From positions 6,386,001-6,450,000 of the forward strand of contig OZ024759.1 of the NCBI GenBank assembly GCA_964016885.1: a stretch of 64,000 bases of DNA, written 5' to 3'. This DNA is from Eledone cirrhosa (Eukaryota). The translations under genes were made by a program, and so were the position numbers. This document shows, one piece after another, positions 11,416 through 23,350 of this stretch; position 1 is the stretch's first letter, and every line of letters starts with the position of its first letter. The notes below the pieces were generated by a model that searched no databases, was not told where the DNA came from, and was given only the letters and a program-made list of their open reading frames with translations.

Positions 11416-13905
11416 GAGTCAGTCAGTATAAACAGAACCGCATGTTCGACAACAACCAGAAGATGCTGTTTGGACAGCTTGAGGGGAAAGAAAGAGGCAA
11501 CGACTTGATCCCTGGGGCGGAGCAAACTAAAACATTCTGGAGAGGAATATGGGAGCAGGATGTTAGACACAATGCCCAGGCAGGGTGGATTGAGACAGTA
11601 CAGAGGGAGATCGGTGAGCAGGCACAGCAACAGACTGATTTGAGTATCACAGTTGAAACTCTTAAGGGGCAAGCCAAAAAACTAACCAACTGGAAATCAC
11701 CAGGCCCAGATGGTGTGCAGGGGTATTGGATTAAACATTTAACATCCCTCCACCCGAAGCTGACGGCCATGTTCAATGACTGCTTGGTGTCGGGTGAGGT
11801 GCCAGAGTGGTTGACAAAAGGTACCACAGTTCTGATAATGAAAGACCGAATCAAGGGTAATGATGTTACCAACTATAGACCTATCACATGTCTGCCCGTA
11901 ATGTGGAAACTGTTGACGAGCATTGTGTCTGAGGAAATCTACCATCACCTCCACACAAACAACTTGTTACCGGACGAACAGAAAGGATGCCGAAAGAAGT
12001 CACGTGGTACAAAGGACCAGTTGCTTATTGATAAGATGGTAATGGGGAATTGCAGGAGGAGACACACTGATCTTGCCATGGGATGGATAGACTACAGAAA
12101 GGCATTTGACATGGTGCCTCATTCCTGGATCACCAAAAGCCTGGAGATCTTCAGGGTGGCAGATAACATCAGACAGTTGCTGGACAGGCGTATGGGGTCC
12201 TGGGAGACAGAGTTGACATCAACTGGAGTATCCTTGGGAAGCGTGAAGATCAAGAGAGGTATCTTCCAGGGAGATAGCCTGTCCCCTCTGTTGTTTGTCC
12301 TTGCCCTGATGCCCTTGACCATTATGCTGCGAAAAGTGAGAGCAGGATACAAGTTGGGAAGGGGAGAGCTTACCATCAATCACCTCCTCTTCATGGACGA
12401 TCTTAAGCTCTTCGGGAAAAGTGAGAAGGAGTTGGATGTGCTTGTTGACACTGTCCGTATTTTCAGCAGTGATATATGTATGCAGTTTGGTATTGGTAAA
12501 TGTGGAGTCATTGTGATGAAGAGGGGTAGGTTGAGCAGAAGTAACGGGATCCAGATACCAACAGGTGAGATGATAAAGGAAATTGACTCTGAGGAAGGAT
12601 ACAAGTATTTGGGCGTTCTGGAGGCTGATGGCATAAAGAACAAAAAAATGAAGGAATTGTTAAGAACTGAATACATTCGGAGAGTAAGGAGCGTATTGAA
12701 GTCACATCTGAACAGCAGAAATGCCATAAGCGCAGTAAATTCCCGAGCTGTGTCTATTATTAGGTACAGTGCGGGAATTCTGAGATGGAATGTTGCTGAA
12801 CAAAAAGAAATGGATAGGAAGACTAGGAAGATATTGACTATCTACAACATGTTCCACAAGAGGAGTGATGTCGATAGACTCTACCTAAGGAGATCTGAGG
12901 GTGGAAGAGGTCTTATCAGCATAGAGGACTGTGTTCAGATGGAGAAAAACAACCTATACAAATACGTGACCTATAGTAAGGAGCCAATGCTCAGAGCTGT
13001 ACTGAAGGAGGGGACAGTAGGCCAGGGGATATCCAAGGAGGAAATAACATCAAGAAGGAAGAGCAGCCTTAAGGGAAAATCCCTTCATAGTACCTTCTTT
13101 GAGAAAACTGAATTTAGAGATCCACAGACATGGAACTGGTTGAGAAGAGGAGACCTCAAAAAGGCTACAGAAGGAATGCTAATGGCTGCGCAGGAGCAGG
13201 CCCTCAAAACGAAGTGGTTGAAGCACCATATCTACAAGGAGGAGGCTAGCCCACTGTGCAGGATCTGTGGAGAGAGAGAGGAGACTGTGGCTCACATTGT
13301 GTCCGAGTGTAAACACCTAGCCCAGACCCACTATAAGGGCTGGAGACACGATGTGATGGGCAGGGTGATCCACTGGCACCTGTGCAAAGTAAACAATCTA
13401 CCACATTCTGAGAAATGGTATGAGCATAGGCCAGAGGCGGTGATGGAGAACAATCAGGTGAAGGTGCTGTGGGATTTTAGGATACAGACGGACAAAAAAC
13501 TGGAACACAATAGACCTGACCTGGTGGTTTTGGACAAGGGAAAAAGATCGTGCCTGATTGTGGATGTGGCCTGCCCGTTCGACACGAGAGTGCAAGAGAA
13601 GGAGAGGGAGAAAATTAACCGATACCAGGACCTAAAGTGGGAGGTGAAAAGGATTTGGAACTGCCATGAAGTCAAAGTGATCCCGATTGTCATAGGCGCA
13701 CTGGGGACTATCTCCAAAGGTTTCCAGGGATGGTTAAAGAAAATCGGCCCCTTCACGCTTTTTGGAACGCTTCAAAAGGCATGCTTGCTTGGAACAGCAA
13801 GAACCCTCCGATACGTCCTGAATATCTGAGGCTGCAGGTAGTGGCTTGATATTCAATCCAACGGACTTTCCAGTTAACCAACATCAATGACTGAGATTCA
13901 AGGAA
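11416..13905 (+). mobile_element. R4/Dong-clade non-LTR retrotransposon, 5'-truncated
   Basis: Flanked by (TAA)n on both sides; carries the RT+RLE ORF and a short 3' UTR shared with copies at 15030-15390 and 24395-24680. Confidence 0.9.
11442..13829 (+). CDS. Reverse transcriptase + CCHC zinc knuckle + restriction-like endonuclease (R4/Dong ORF, uninterrupted, N-terminally truncated)
   Basis: WKSPGPDG, YRPITCL, DYRKAFD, GIFQGDSLSP, LFMDDLK, YKYLG; CRICGEREETVAHIVSEC; RHD; RPDLVV...IVDVACP...EK..RY (PD-D/ExK RLE). Confidence 0.92.
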   Translation: MFDNNQKMLFGQLEGKERGNDLIPGAEQTKTFWRGIWEQDVRHNAQAGWIETVQREIGEQAQQQTDLSITVETLKGQAKKLTNWKSPGPDGVQGYWIKHLTSLHPKLTAMFNDCLVSGEVPEWLTKGTTVLIMKDRIKGNDVTNYRPITCLPVMWKLLTSIVSEEIYHHLHTNNLLPDEQKGCRKKSRGTKDQLLIDKMVMGNCRRRHTDLAMGWIDYRKAFDMVPHSWITKSLEIFRVADNIRQLLDRRMGSWETELTSTGVSLGSVKIKRGIFQGDSLSPLLFVLALMPLTIMLRKVRAGYKLGRGELTINHLLFMDDLKLFGKSEKELDVLVDTVRIFSSDICMQFGIGKCGVIVMKRGRLSRSNGIQIPTGEMIKEIDSEEGYKYLGVLEADGIKNKKMKELLRTEYIRRVRSVLKSHLNSRNAISAVNSRAVSIIRYSAGILRWNVAEQKEMDRKTRKILTIYNMFHKRSDVDRLYLRRSEGGRGLISIEDCVQMEKNNLYKYVTYSKEPMLRAVLKEGTVGQGISKEEITSRRKSSLKGKSLHSTFFEKTEFRDPQTWNWLRRGDLKKATEGMLMAAQEQALKTKWLKHHIYKEEASPLCRICGEREETVAHIVSECKHLAQTHYKGWRHDVMGRVIHWHLCKVNNLPHSEKWYEHRPEAVMENNQVKVLWDFRIQTDKKLEHNRPDLVVLDKGKRSCLIVDVACPFDTRVQEKEREKINRYQDLKWEVKRIWNCHEVKVIPIVIGALGTISKGFQGWLKKIGPFTLFGTLQKACLLGTARTLRYVLNI

Positions 13906-13936
13906 TAACAATAACAATAATAATAATAATAATAAT

Positions 13937-15010
13937 CAAACTCGTTTTGAAACACGAAAGCATCAAAAGATCATATTCCATTACAAAAGATGCACAAAGA
14001 TACAGTAATGGACTACAAATTTCAGAAGTCCCATTTGCTGCTGAAATGGAAAACACAGAAAAAGCAAAGCAGGTAAAAGTAACTGCAAAGAAAGAACTGC
14101 TACAGAAACTGGCTAAGAAATGGCAAGAAAAGCCTCTGTATGGAAAATACCCAGAGCGAGCTAACAATCCTTTACAAACTTTAACCCATCTGGACTGAAA
14201 TCGGAAACTGAAGGACTGATTATATCGGCACAAGATCAGTGTCTGCCAACAAAAAATTACCAAGCCAACATAATAAAAAATGGGTGCAGCCCATTATGCC
14301 GTGTATGCAAAAAACAACCAGAGACCATTGACCATATAATTTCAATGTGCAGTCCTATAGCTCCAACCGAATACCTAAACAGGCATGACAGAGCTGCACA
14401 ATACATACATTGGATAATGTGTAAGCATTTTGACCTGCCCCATCAAAAGAATTGGTGGGAGCATCAACCACCTCCCATACTTGAAAAAGATCACATCTCT
14501 CAATCTTGTGGAACTTTAGCATCCAAACAGACCGAAAAATAGATGCAAACAGACCTGATATAATATTGAAAGACTTTCAAAAGAGGGTATGCATGCTAAT
14601 TGATATGTCTGTTCCAATAGACAAGAATGTATCTATAAAAACATTTGAAAAATTGAGCAAGTATAAGGACCTGGAGATAGAAATTGGAAAAATGTGGACA
14701 TTGAGAACTAAAACAATACCAGTGGTTGTAGGCGCTCTGGGAATGATACCTAAGGGGTCTAATGATTACATATCACAAATCCCAGGAAACCCGCGTATAG
14801 GAGAAATACAAAAGATAGTATTAATGGGAACTGCCCATATACTAAGAAAGATTCTGTCAATATAAGTACATCACAAGTCTAAACACTAAAGATGCATGTG
14901 TGAATATGTATGTTCTTTCTTGAACATGGCAGACCTTGTTGTCTCTTGAGGTCACTGGTTGTGACTTGGTGATAACTCGTATGAACATAAAGCAAGATAA
15001 ATGCAACTGT
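13937..15010 (+). mobile_element. Second Dong/R4 family, degenerate 3' fragment
   Basis: Frameshifted ORFs with ETEGLIISAQDQ, CRVC...ETIDHIISMC, RHD, RPDIILKD..LIDMSVP..EKLSKY; (TAA)n on both sides. Confidence 0.85.
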
Positions 15011-15029
15011 AATAATAATAATAATAATA

Positions 15030-15390
15030 AGGGAAAAAGATTGTGCCTGATTGTGGATGTGGCCTGCCCATTCGACACGAGAGTGCAAGAGAAGGAGAGG
15101 GAGAAAATTAACCGATACCAGGACTTAAAGTGGGAGGTAAAAAAGATTTGGAACTGCCATGAAGTCAAAGTGGTCCCGATTGTCATAGGCGCACTAGGTA
15201 CTATCTCAAAAAGTTTCCAGGGAAAATTGGCCCCGTCACACTTTTTGGAACACTTCAAAAGGCATGCTTGCTGGGAACAGCAAGAACCCTCCGATACGTC
15301 CTGAATATCTGAGGCTGCAGGTAGTGGCTTGATATTCATTTCAACAAACTTTCCAGTTAACTAACATCAATGACTGAGACTCAAAGAACA
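15030..15390 (+). mobile_element. Dong/R4 3' fragment (same family as 11416-13905)
   Basis: KGKRLCLIVDVACPFDTRVQEKEREKINRYQDLKW nearly identical to 13540-13900; (TAA)n flanks. Confidence 0.88.
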
Positions 15391-15407
15391 ATAATAATAA
15401 TAATAAT

Positions 15408-15494
<87 letters not shown>

Positions 15495-15535
15495 TTCCAA
15501 ATATTAACAAAATAGATATTCTTGTGATCAATTAT

Positions 15536-15600
15536 ATTTTATTATACATATTTCAGAGGTACTGAATTAAGTTCAACAGTACGTCCTCATCAGATAAAAT
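15536..15600 (-). ncRNA. Type I hammerhead ribozyme motif
   Basis: Minus strand: ATTTTAT-CTGATGA-GGACGTACTG...CAGTACCTCT-GAAA-TATGTA-TA-ATAAAAT; related copy at 45611-45672. Confidence 0.75.
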
Positions 15601-15777
15601 GAAATGATACATGACATACCCTGACATGGTAGATGGTTAAGATTTAATCAAGGTAGTGATTAATAGAATCAATACAGAGAGTGTGTGAGTAATATATTTT
15701 AAGAAATACATGGCATCAATATAGCATCAATTGTAAAACTCATTCTTTGATGTACTCATTGAATCTTGTTTAACTCT

Positions 15778-15809
<32 letters not shown>

Positions 15810-15814
<5 letters not shown>

Positions 15815-17740
15815 AGATCAAAAGATGGTTAAAGGAGTTCCATATATTTTATTATGCGCATTTCAAAAACAAACATCATCAAGCAATAATATTTGTGTTT
15901 TCATCAGATAAAACAGGAGAACATGATATGAAGGCTAAAAAACACTTGTTGATAGTGCAGTTTTAAATCAACATATGAAAAGTGGTTTTAGATTGATGTG
16001 TGATATTGGGAAAAATATTTTATTTAGAGAGGGGGGGGGGGGAAGGATGAAAAGGGAAGGAGATGAGAGGGAGAGATGGGTGATAGAGAGAAAGAGATAG
16101 TTTTTATAACTGAGAGGAGATATATTTTTTACATAGAGGGGTTGAAAACCGTTGGAAGATACTGTATAAATAAAAAATTTTGAAAATTAACGAAGGGAGG
16201 ATATGTGCGAGGAAAAAATATTTTATTTAGGGAGGGGGGTGGAAAGGATGAAAAAAAGGGGGGAGGAGATGAGAGTGAAGGTGGGGAGGGAGAGATGGGT
16301 GATAGAGAGAAAGAGATAGTTTTTATAACTGAGAAAAAGATATATTGTTTTAATATAGAGAGGTTGGGAACCGTTGGAAGATAATGTATAAATTAAAGGA
16401 ATTTGAAAATTAACGAAGGGAAATTATGTATGAAGATAGAGAGAAAAAAAAAAAATAATTGTGGGTGAATATTCTAACGTCAAAAGAAGAAATGTATGTA
16501 TTGTGGCAATTTCAAAATTAGCGAAGAGAAAAGTTGTTATGGTTTGTGTGTAGAAGGATTTGAGAAAAATAATGTGAAGTTAAAGTTTGTATATTGAATA
16601 GATATGTATTAATAATGAGTTCGTTGATGGGGAGAAAAAAATAATAATAAATTAAGGATGAAATTGAGATTAAAAAGATTTATGATAGAGAGAAAAAATA
16701 ATAATGATTGCGGATGAATATTCAAAATGTCAAAAACAAATGTTATTATTTTACGAGAAGATAGAATGAGGGTAATGAGTAAACGAGTATTATAGAGTGT
16801 ATAATGCCCTTTAAAGTAAGGTAAGGTAGATGGGTATATTTTAAAGAGGTGTATGTATATGTGCCTTTGAGAAAAGATTCTAAATTGATAAAGAATTGAA
16901 TATTAACTGTATACTTTGTGAAAAGTTCTATGGAATTTATGCAGGCAGATAGAAAACAAATCTGAGCGTCTATTTATTATAGATTCTAGGTTAGAGATAA
17001 TGGTAAATTTTTCATTTAGGCAGAGATTACAGATTTTAGATAGAGAGCTGTTCAAGTATGAGGATGCAGAAGAAATCTTTTTCCAAAAGATGTTATATTT
17101 AATGTTTTTGTCTTTTAAGGACCATATGAGTTCTGAGAGAGCAGTGTTAGTTCTTTTAAGTTTGTATTTGAAAGATGAATGATGATTATAGAGACGAGCT
17201 TTAAAAGAGGTGGAAGTGGAGCCAAAATAGGTGAAGGAATTGGTGCTAGTTATAATTTTACATTCATAAATTAAGTTTTTATCGAGGCAATGGTTGTTGA
17301 GAGGACATTTATTTTTGATGCGGCAGTTGCAATTAGAGAGATTATTTATGAGTGATCTAGTGTTATCTATAGAAGGAATTGGATTGGAGAAGTTGTTTGC
17401 GATAGGAATAATAGGAATAATAGTTTCTTGATTTAGAGTTGGATTATGAACATTTAGCGAAGTTGTGTTTGACGTTGTATTTGGGTTTACAGAAGTTAGC
17501 CTAGGGTTTACAATGACGTCGGGAGTACTATTACTGTTATTATGAAATTCGATATTGGAAGGAAGAGATTTAGTATTTAATATTTTGTTGTTGTGTTTAG
17601 AGATGATGTTGGAAATATTGGAGGATGTAGAATACGAAAATTTGATGGTATGTTTGTTAAATATTTTACTATAGATATGTGAGGGAGGGAAGCATTTATT
17701 TAAGGCACTAAAAAATAATTTAGGAATATTGTTATTAATA
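15810..17740 (-). mobile_element. Penelope-like element 3' part (Naiad-type GIY-YIG, long 3' UTR, pLTR)
   Basis: ORF 16903-17740: CNCRIKNKCPLNNHC, LIYECKI...YFGSTSTSFKARLYNH, CNLCLNEK..INRRSDLFSICLH; pLTR hammerhead at 15847-15913. Confidence 0.85.
15847..15913 (-). ncRNA. Type I hammerhead ribozyme motif in pLTR
   Basis: Minus strand: TTTTAT-CTGATGA-AAACACAAA...TTTGTTTTT-GAAA-TGCGCA (palindromic stem III)-TA-ATAAAA. Confidence 0.8.
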
Positions 17741-17761
17741 GAGATATATATATATATACAG

Positions 17762-17796
<35 letters not shown>

Positions 17797-18315
17797 AAAT
17801 TTCAGGTTATCAATAATGTAGTGATAATATATCGTTACGTTAGAGATGAACAGCGTACGTGCAGGTTTGCTCAACGAGTATAAATTATATTCCGGAGAAA
17901 ATGTAGAAAGGATGAATATAAAATGAAAGTGCTTTTTTTAAAAAAGGAATTTATTAGGTATTGACATATGTTTCTGTAACAGACTGAATACCTATGTATC
18001 GCTGCTTGCGTAATCATATAATGTTAGCAAGTATTCGATAGCAAATGTATAATCAGTTGTCACTTCTTCAGAGATTTTGGATAAATTGGATAAAATCAGA
18101 AAAATTGAACTATTTATATTAGTAAAAGAGGAAGAAACAGAGGGGATAGTATATGACAGATGGTAAATTAATTTACTGCTAAACAAGTATATAATGGGTT
18201 TCTAATGAGAATACCATGTGTAAATCTAAATAAGAATTTTGGGAGTGCCAATTTTAATCTCTACTCGACCAACTGGACAGTGGACAGGGCTGGTCATTTG
18301 GTGCAGTAGTATTAA

Positions 18316-20330
18316 AAAACTTTGTATTGACGATAGAACGCAACCCTTAACACCAGCTATACCATCCTTCAACCTGAAGGACCACAAGGTAAACTTCGAT
18401 ACTAACCCTAATATTAGACTTATATGCCCCCCTAAATCTGATATAGGCAAAATTAGCAAATATATACTAGACAGAATTATCCCCCAAGTTAAGGTTAAAG
18501 TAGAGATTAAACTATGGGGCAACACTCATGAAGCAATAAGATGGTTTAATAACATTACTGATAAGAAAAAATCAAAATTTATTCAGTTTGATATTGATGA
18601 ATACTATTCCTCAATTTCACCTGATACTCTACATGAAGCTCTTTCGTTCGCTAAGGATAATTCCGACCTTACGGATGCTGAAATTAAAATTATTATGGAA
18701 GCGAGGAAAACTATAGTTAAATTCGATGATAGCTACTGGGTTCGCAAAGATAGACCTACTAATTTTGATATCACTATGGGTTCTAATGATTCGGCGGAAG
18801 TAACAGATCTTGTGGGAATTTATATCACCCACAGATTACAAGGAAAATTCAAGGATCTCCACGGTGGAATCTACCGTGACGATGCGCTCCTATTAGTTAA
18901 GCATATGAATAACCAGAATTTAGAAAGGATGCGTAAAAATATCAGAAAGCTTTTTAAGGAACTAGGATTAAATATTACATTTGAATATAACCTCAAAGAG
19001 GTCAATTTCCTTGATGTTACTTTCAATCTCAATACAGATACGATTAAACCGTTCCATAAACTAAATGAGAACCTTAAATATGTAAATACGAGTTCTAACC
19101 ATCCACTCTCTATAATTAAATCCATCCCTAGAAATGTTTCTCTTAGAATCTCCCGCCTGTCGTCCAACCAACAAACCTTCAAAGAACATGCCGATTATTA
19201 TGATGATGCACTTAGGAAAGCCGGTCACCTAGATAATTGTTTCTACTTTAGGCACAAGGCCAGCAATTACCCAGTGCATTACTGGTACTTTATTTTATCG
19301 ACCCCGTAAGGATGAAAGGCAAAGTCAACCTCGGCGGGATTTGAACTCAGATCGTAAAGGGACGTAACTATGCTGGAAAGCATGGCGTCCGACCCTCTAC
19401 CGATACTGCCAATCCACCGCCGGTCACCTAGATAATATAGAGTATATAGTCGAAGATCACCAAAACATCCAAAATAAATCCCATAGGAGTAGAAATAGCA
19501 CAGAATCACCACCATACATACACTACCGCAATAGACACAATAATAGTCGCACACCACCAAATAGAAGGCGATGTAAGGAGTATATTTGGTACAACCCGGT
19601 CTATAACAACTCTATTAAAACCAATCTACCCTCAAAATTCTTTCGATTAGTTAAAAAACACTTTCCAACATCACATAAATATAATAAAATCTTAAACCCT
19701 AACACTATTCGACTTTCATATTCAACCGCCTCTAATATTGAACAACATATAAAAAAGCTTAACGCAAAACGGTTGTATAAACGCCTTCCAACACATAACA
19801 ATACACGTAAAACATTAGCTATAACATCACAAAACACCAAACAACATGCTGTCCTACATAAGCAACCTCATCAACCCATCCATGGCAATACAACAACGCA
19901 AAATTATAATTGCAACTGTGTCCAACCAGGAATGTGTCCGTTGAACAATCAGTGTCTTGAACGCAACATCGTATACAAATGTACTATCGAATCGGATAGA
20001 CAGAAGTGGTACTATGTGGGATCTACAGCCACCTCCTTCAAATCACGCCTTTATAGACATCGTTACTCGATAAAACATGAAAACCAGCGTTATGTAACAA
20101 CACTCGCAGACAAGGCTTGGCAGCTGCGTGAAAATAACCAACAATTTCACCTAAAATGGTATATAATAGCGGCTCCCATGGACAGGAATTTTGTAAATTA
20201 TGTAATGTAGAATTATTTTGTATTATGAAATCCAAAAACATTTTATTAAATAACAGAATAGAGCGATCGTTATACTGTAACCATCGCTTAAAATCTACAT
20301 TTTCATATTATAAATACTACCAGGATTGAA
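18316..20330 (+). pseudogene. Penelope RT + GIY-YIG endonuclease ORF, split by a SINE and frameshifted near 20170
   Basis: RLICPPKS, FIQFDIDEYYSSI, FDITMGSNDSAEV, GIYRDDAL, VNFLDVTF, SNHP; after the SINE IWYNP, CNCVQPGMCPLNNQC, IVYKC...YYVGST..FKSR. Confidence 0.88.
19238..19418 (-). mobile_element. tRNA-derived SINE inserted in the Penelope ORF
   Basis: Reverse copy of 2579-2761; TSD GCCGGTCACCTAGATAAT at 19220-19237 and 19419-19436. Confidence 0.92.
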
Positions 20331-20965
20331 CGCCTGTCTCTATCCCCGTTTGATTGTCAAAATAGATATTAACATTCTTTATTAGTCTTAATTCTATCAA
20401 CTCTTCTATTATTTACCTTTTAATACAAACTGCTATAGATAAAATGAGATTTCTGATTTCTTGATTCAATTCCCTAATGCATATACCAGCTGGCTACTAG
20501 CATTGATGTTATTTAGTAGCAATCGAAATCTCCCCCTTCCCCAATTGACACTTTATAATTAATACTACTGCACCAAATGACCAGCCCTGTCCACTGTCCA
20601 GTTGGTCGAGTAGAGATTAAAATTGGCACTCCCAAAATTCTTATTTAGATTTACACATGGTATTCTCATTAGAAACCCATTATATACTTGTTTAGCAGTA
20701 AATTAATTTACCATCTGTCATATACTATCCCCTCTGTTTCTTCCTCTTTTACTAATATAAATAGTTCAATTTTTCTGATTTTATCCAATTTATCCAAAAT
20801 CTCTGAAGAAGTGACAACTGATTATACATTTGCTATCGAATACTTGCTAACATTATATGATTACGCAAGCAGCGATACATAGGTATTCAGTCTGTTACAG
20901 AAACATATGTCAATACCTAATAAATTCCTTTTTTAAAAAAAGCACTTTCATTTTATATTCATCCT

Positions 20966-21004
<39 letters not shown>

Positions 21005-21077
21005 CACACACATATATATATATATACAGACACACACATATATATATACAGACACACACATATATGTGTACAGATGT

Positions 21078-22118
21078 ACTCTCAGTAAAGTCAGGGTAGG
21101 AATGGAGTTTAGTGAGGAATTCCAGATACAAGTAGGAGTACATCAGGGTTCGGTCCTCAGCCCGCTCTTGTTCATTATAGTCCTCCAAGCCATAACAGAG
21201 GAGTTTAAGACTGGCTGTCCATGGGAACTTCTCTATGCTGATGATCTGGTTCTTATAGCAGAATCAGTAGAGGAGCTAGAGAATACATTCTGGCTATGGA
21301 AACAGCAGTTGGAAGCAAGAGGACTGAGAGTAAATCTAGCTAAGACAAAAGTGTTGATGAGTAGACAAGAGGACAAAACTCTGATTCCGTCAGGGAAATG
21401 GCCATGTTCGATATGCAGAAAAGGAACTGGCATAAATTCTATAAAATGCACACAATGCAGATCCTGGGTACACAAGAGATGTAGCGGGATAGCAGGCAAA
21501 CTAACAGGTAGGGAGAAATATGTATGCAGTAGATGTACAGGGAAATTAGACAGTAGAAGTCGCACTGATAGACACATTTTTCAAATGCAAGAGGGCGCTA
21601 TAGAAGTGGTGGATAGTTTCCGGTACCTAGGTTTCTCCCTGCGTATGAAAGGACGGTTATATGATGCCTGTGTGAGGAGCGCGATGCTGCATGGTAGTGA
21701 GACATGGGCAGCAACTGCAGAGGTTATGCGACAGCTGGAGAGAAATGAGGCAAGTATGCTCCGTTGGATGTGCAGTGTAAATGTGCGTGAACGACCCAGC
21801 ATAAATGTGTTGAGAGAGAAACTGTGTCTGAGAGGGATAGAATGTAGTGTACGGGAGAGGAGACTGAGGTGGTATGGACATGTGATGCGCATGGAGGATG
21901 ACCGATGGGTGAAGAAGTGCCAGGAATTGCCAGTTGAAGGAAGACGTGGTAGAGGTAGACCACGAAAAACATGGGCGGAGGTGGTGAGAACAGACCTCAG
22001 ATCATTGAAGCTCACGGTGGAGATGACGAGGGACCGTGACGATTGGAGAGATGCTGTGCTGAATAAGACCCGTCCCACCCTTGCAAGCAGGGAAAAGTGG
22101 ACGTAAATATGATGATGA
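21078..22118 (+). mobile_element. 5'-truncated copy of the PHD-containing RTE LINE
   Basis: Near identical to 58707-59850; includes YADD and the PHD finger; 105-bp in-frame deletion after FRYLG. Confidence 0.92.
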
Positions 22119-22242
22119 TATACAGACACACACACGCATATAGATATATATACAGACACACATATATATATATATAAACAGACACACATATATATATATA
22201 TATTATATACAGGCACACACATATATATATATATATATATAC

Positions 22243-22815
22243 ATTTCGTTTCTGAATTTGTTTAGCAAGATTCTTTATCTGAGATCGTGTGTTGAAACCG
22301 ATATTGTTATACTTTGGGAGGGTCATGTTGCCAATAAGAAACACACGCACCAGTTGCTTTCACTTCAATTTAATTTATTATATATTTATAAATTTACAAA
22401 TTTATAAATTTCTGGTTGGTTGGTTGGTTCCACAACCAGATAGTTGTTTATATATATATAGTCATAGTTCTTTCGTCACACATATGTGTGTGTTTCACAC
22501 ACAGACACCCGGATGTGGCGCATGCGCAAACGGAGCACGCAACCCACACACAAACAAAATGGCGTAGGATAGAAGAAAGGAAAGGCACAGAAACGAAGAA
22601 AGAAATCCCCAGTCACTGAAGAGGTCACAGAGTGTGTGACGAAAGAACTATGACTATATATATATAAACAACTATCTGGTTGTGGAACCAACCAACCAAC
22701 CAGAAATTTATAAATTTGTAAATTTATAAATATATAATAAATTAAATTGAAGTGAAAGCAACTGGTGCGTGTGTTTCTTATTGGCAACATGACCCTCCCA
22801 AAGTATAACAATATA
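22243..22815 (+). mobile_element. Solo fold-back Penelope pLTR unit
   Basis: Inverted repeat 22301-22482 / 22632-22813; same family as the pLTR at 38330-38668. Confidence 0.85.
22611..22655 (+). ncRNA. Minimal type I hammerhead ribozyme
   Basis: AGTCA-CTGAAGA-G-GTCACA GAGTG TGTGAC-GAAA-GAAC-TA-TGACT. Confidence 0.85.
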
Positions 22816-22849
22816 TATATACAGACACACATGTATATATATATATACA

Positions 22850-22952
<103 letters not shown>

Positions 22953-22958
22953 GAAAAT

Positions 22959-23040
22959 GCTTCTCTGATGAGCTTTGGTTTTCCATCAGAAATCCATCGG
23001 ATTTATGAGGTTTTACAAAGCGAAACTGATCAGTAAGGGC
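22959..23040 (+). ncRNA. Type I hammerhead ribozyme motif
   Basis: TTCT-CTGATGA-GCTTTG...CAAAGC-GAAA-CTGATCAG (palindromic stem III)-TA-AGGG; weak stem I. Confidence 0.7.
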
Positions 23041-23120
23041 CACTAGGAGAGGTAAATATTTATATTATATTTTTTAATGTATTTTAAAGAATTGATTGAA
23101 TTTTACTTGTTCTGCTTATC

Positions 23121-23162
<42 letters not shown>

Positions 23163-23350
23163 CACACACGCACATATATATATATATATATATATACAGA
23201 CACACATATAAATATATATATATACAGACACATATATATATATATATATATATGTGTGTCTATATATATATATATATATATACAGACACACATATAAATA
23301 TATATATATACAGACACACATATATATATATATGTGTCTATATATATATA

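Larger units (their letters stand above)
17795..20970 (+). mobile_element. Penelope-like element (Naiad-type) with inverted pLTRs
   Basis: About 412-bp inverted repeat 17904-18315 / 20559-20970, the left copy carrying an extra tail (17795-17903); RT and GIY-YIG coding region in between; flanked by (TA)n. Confidence 0.9.
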
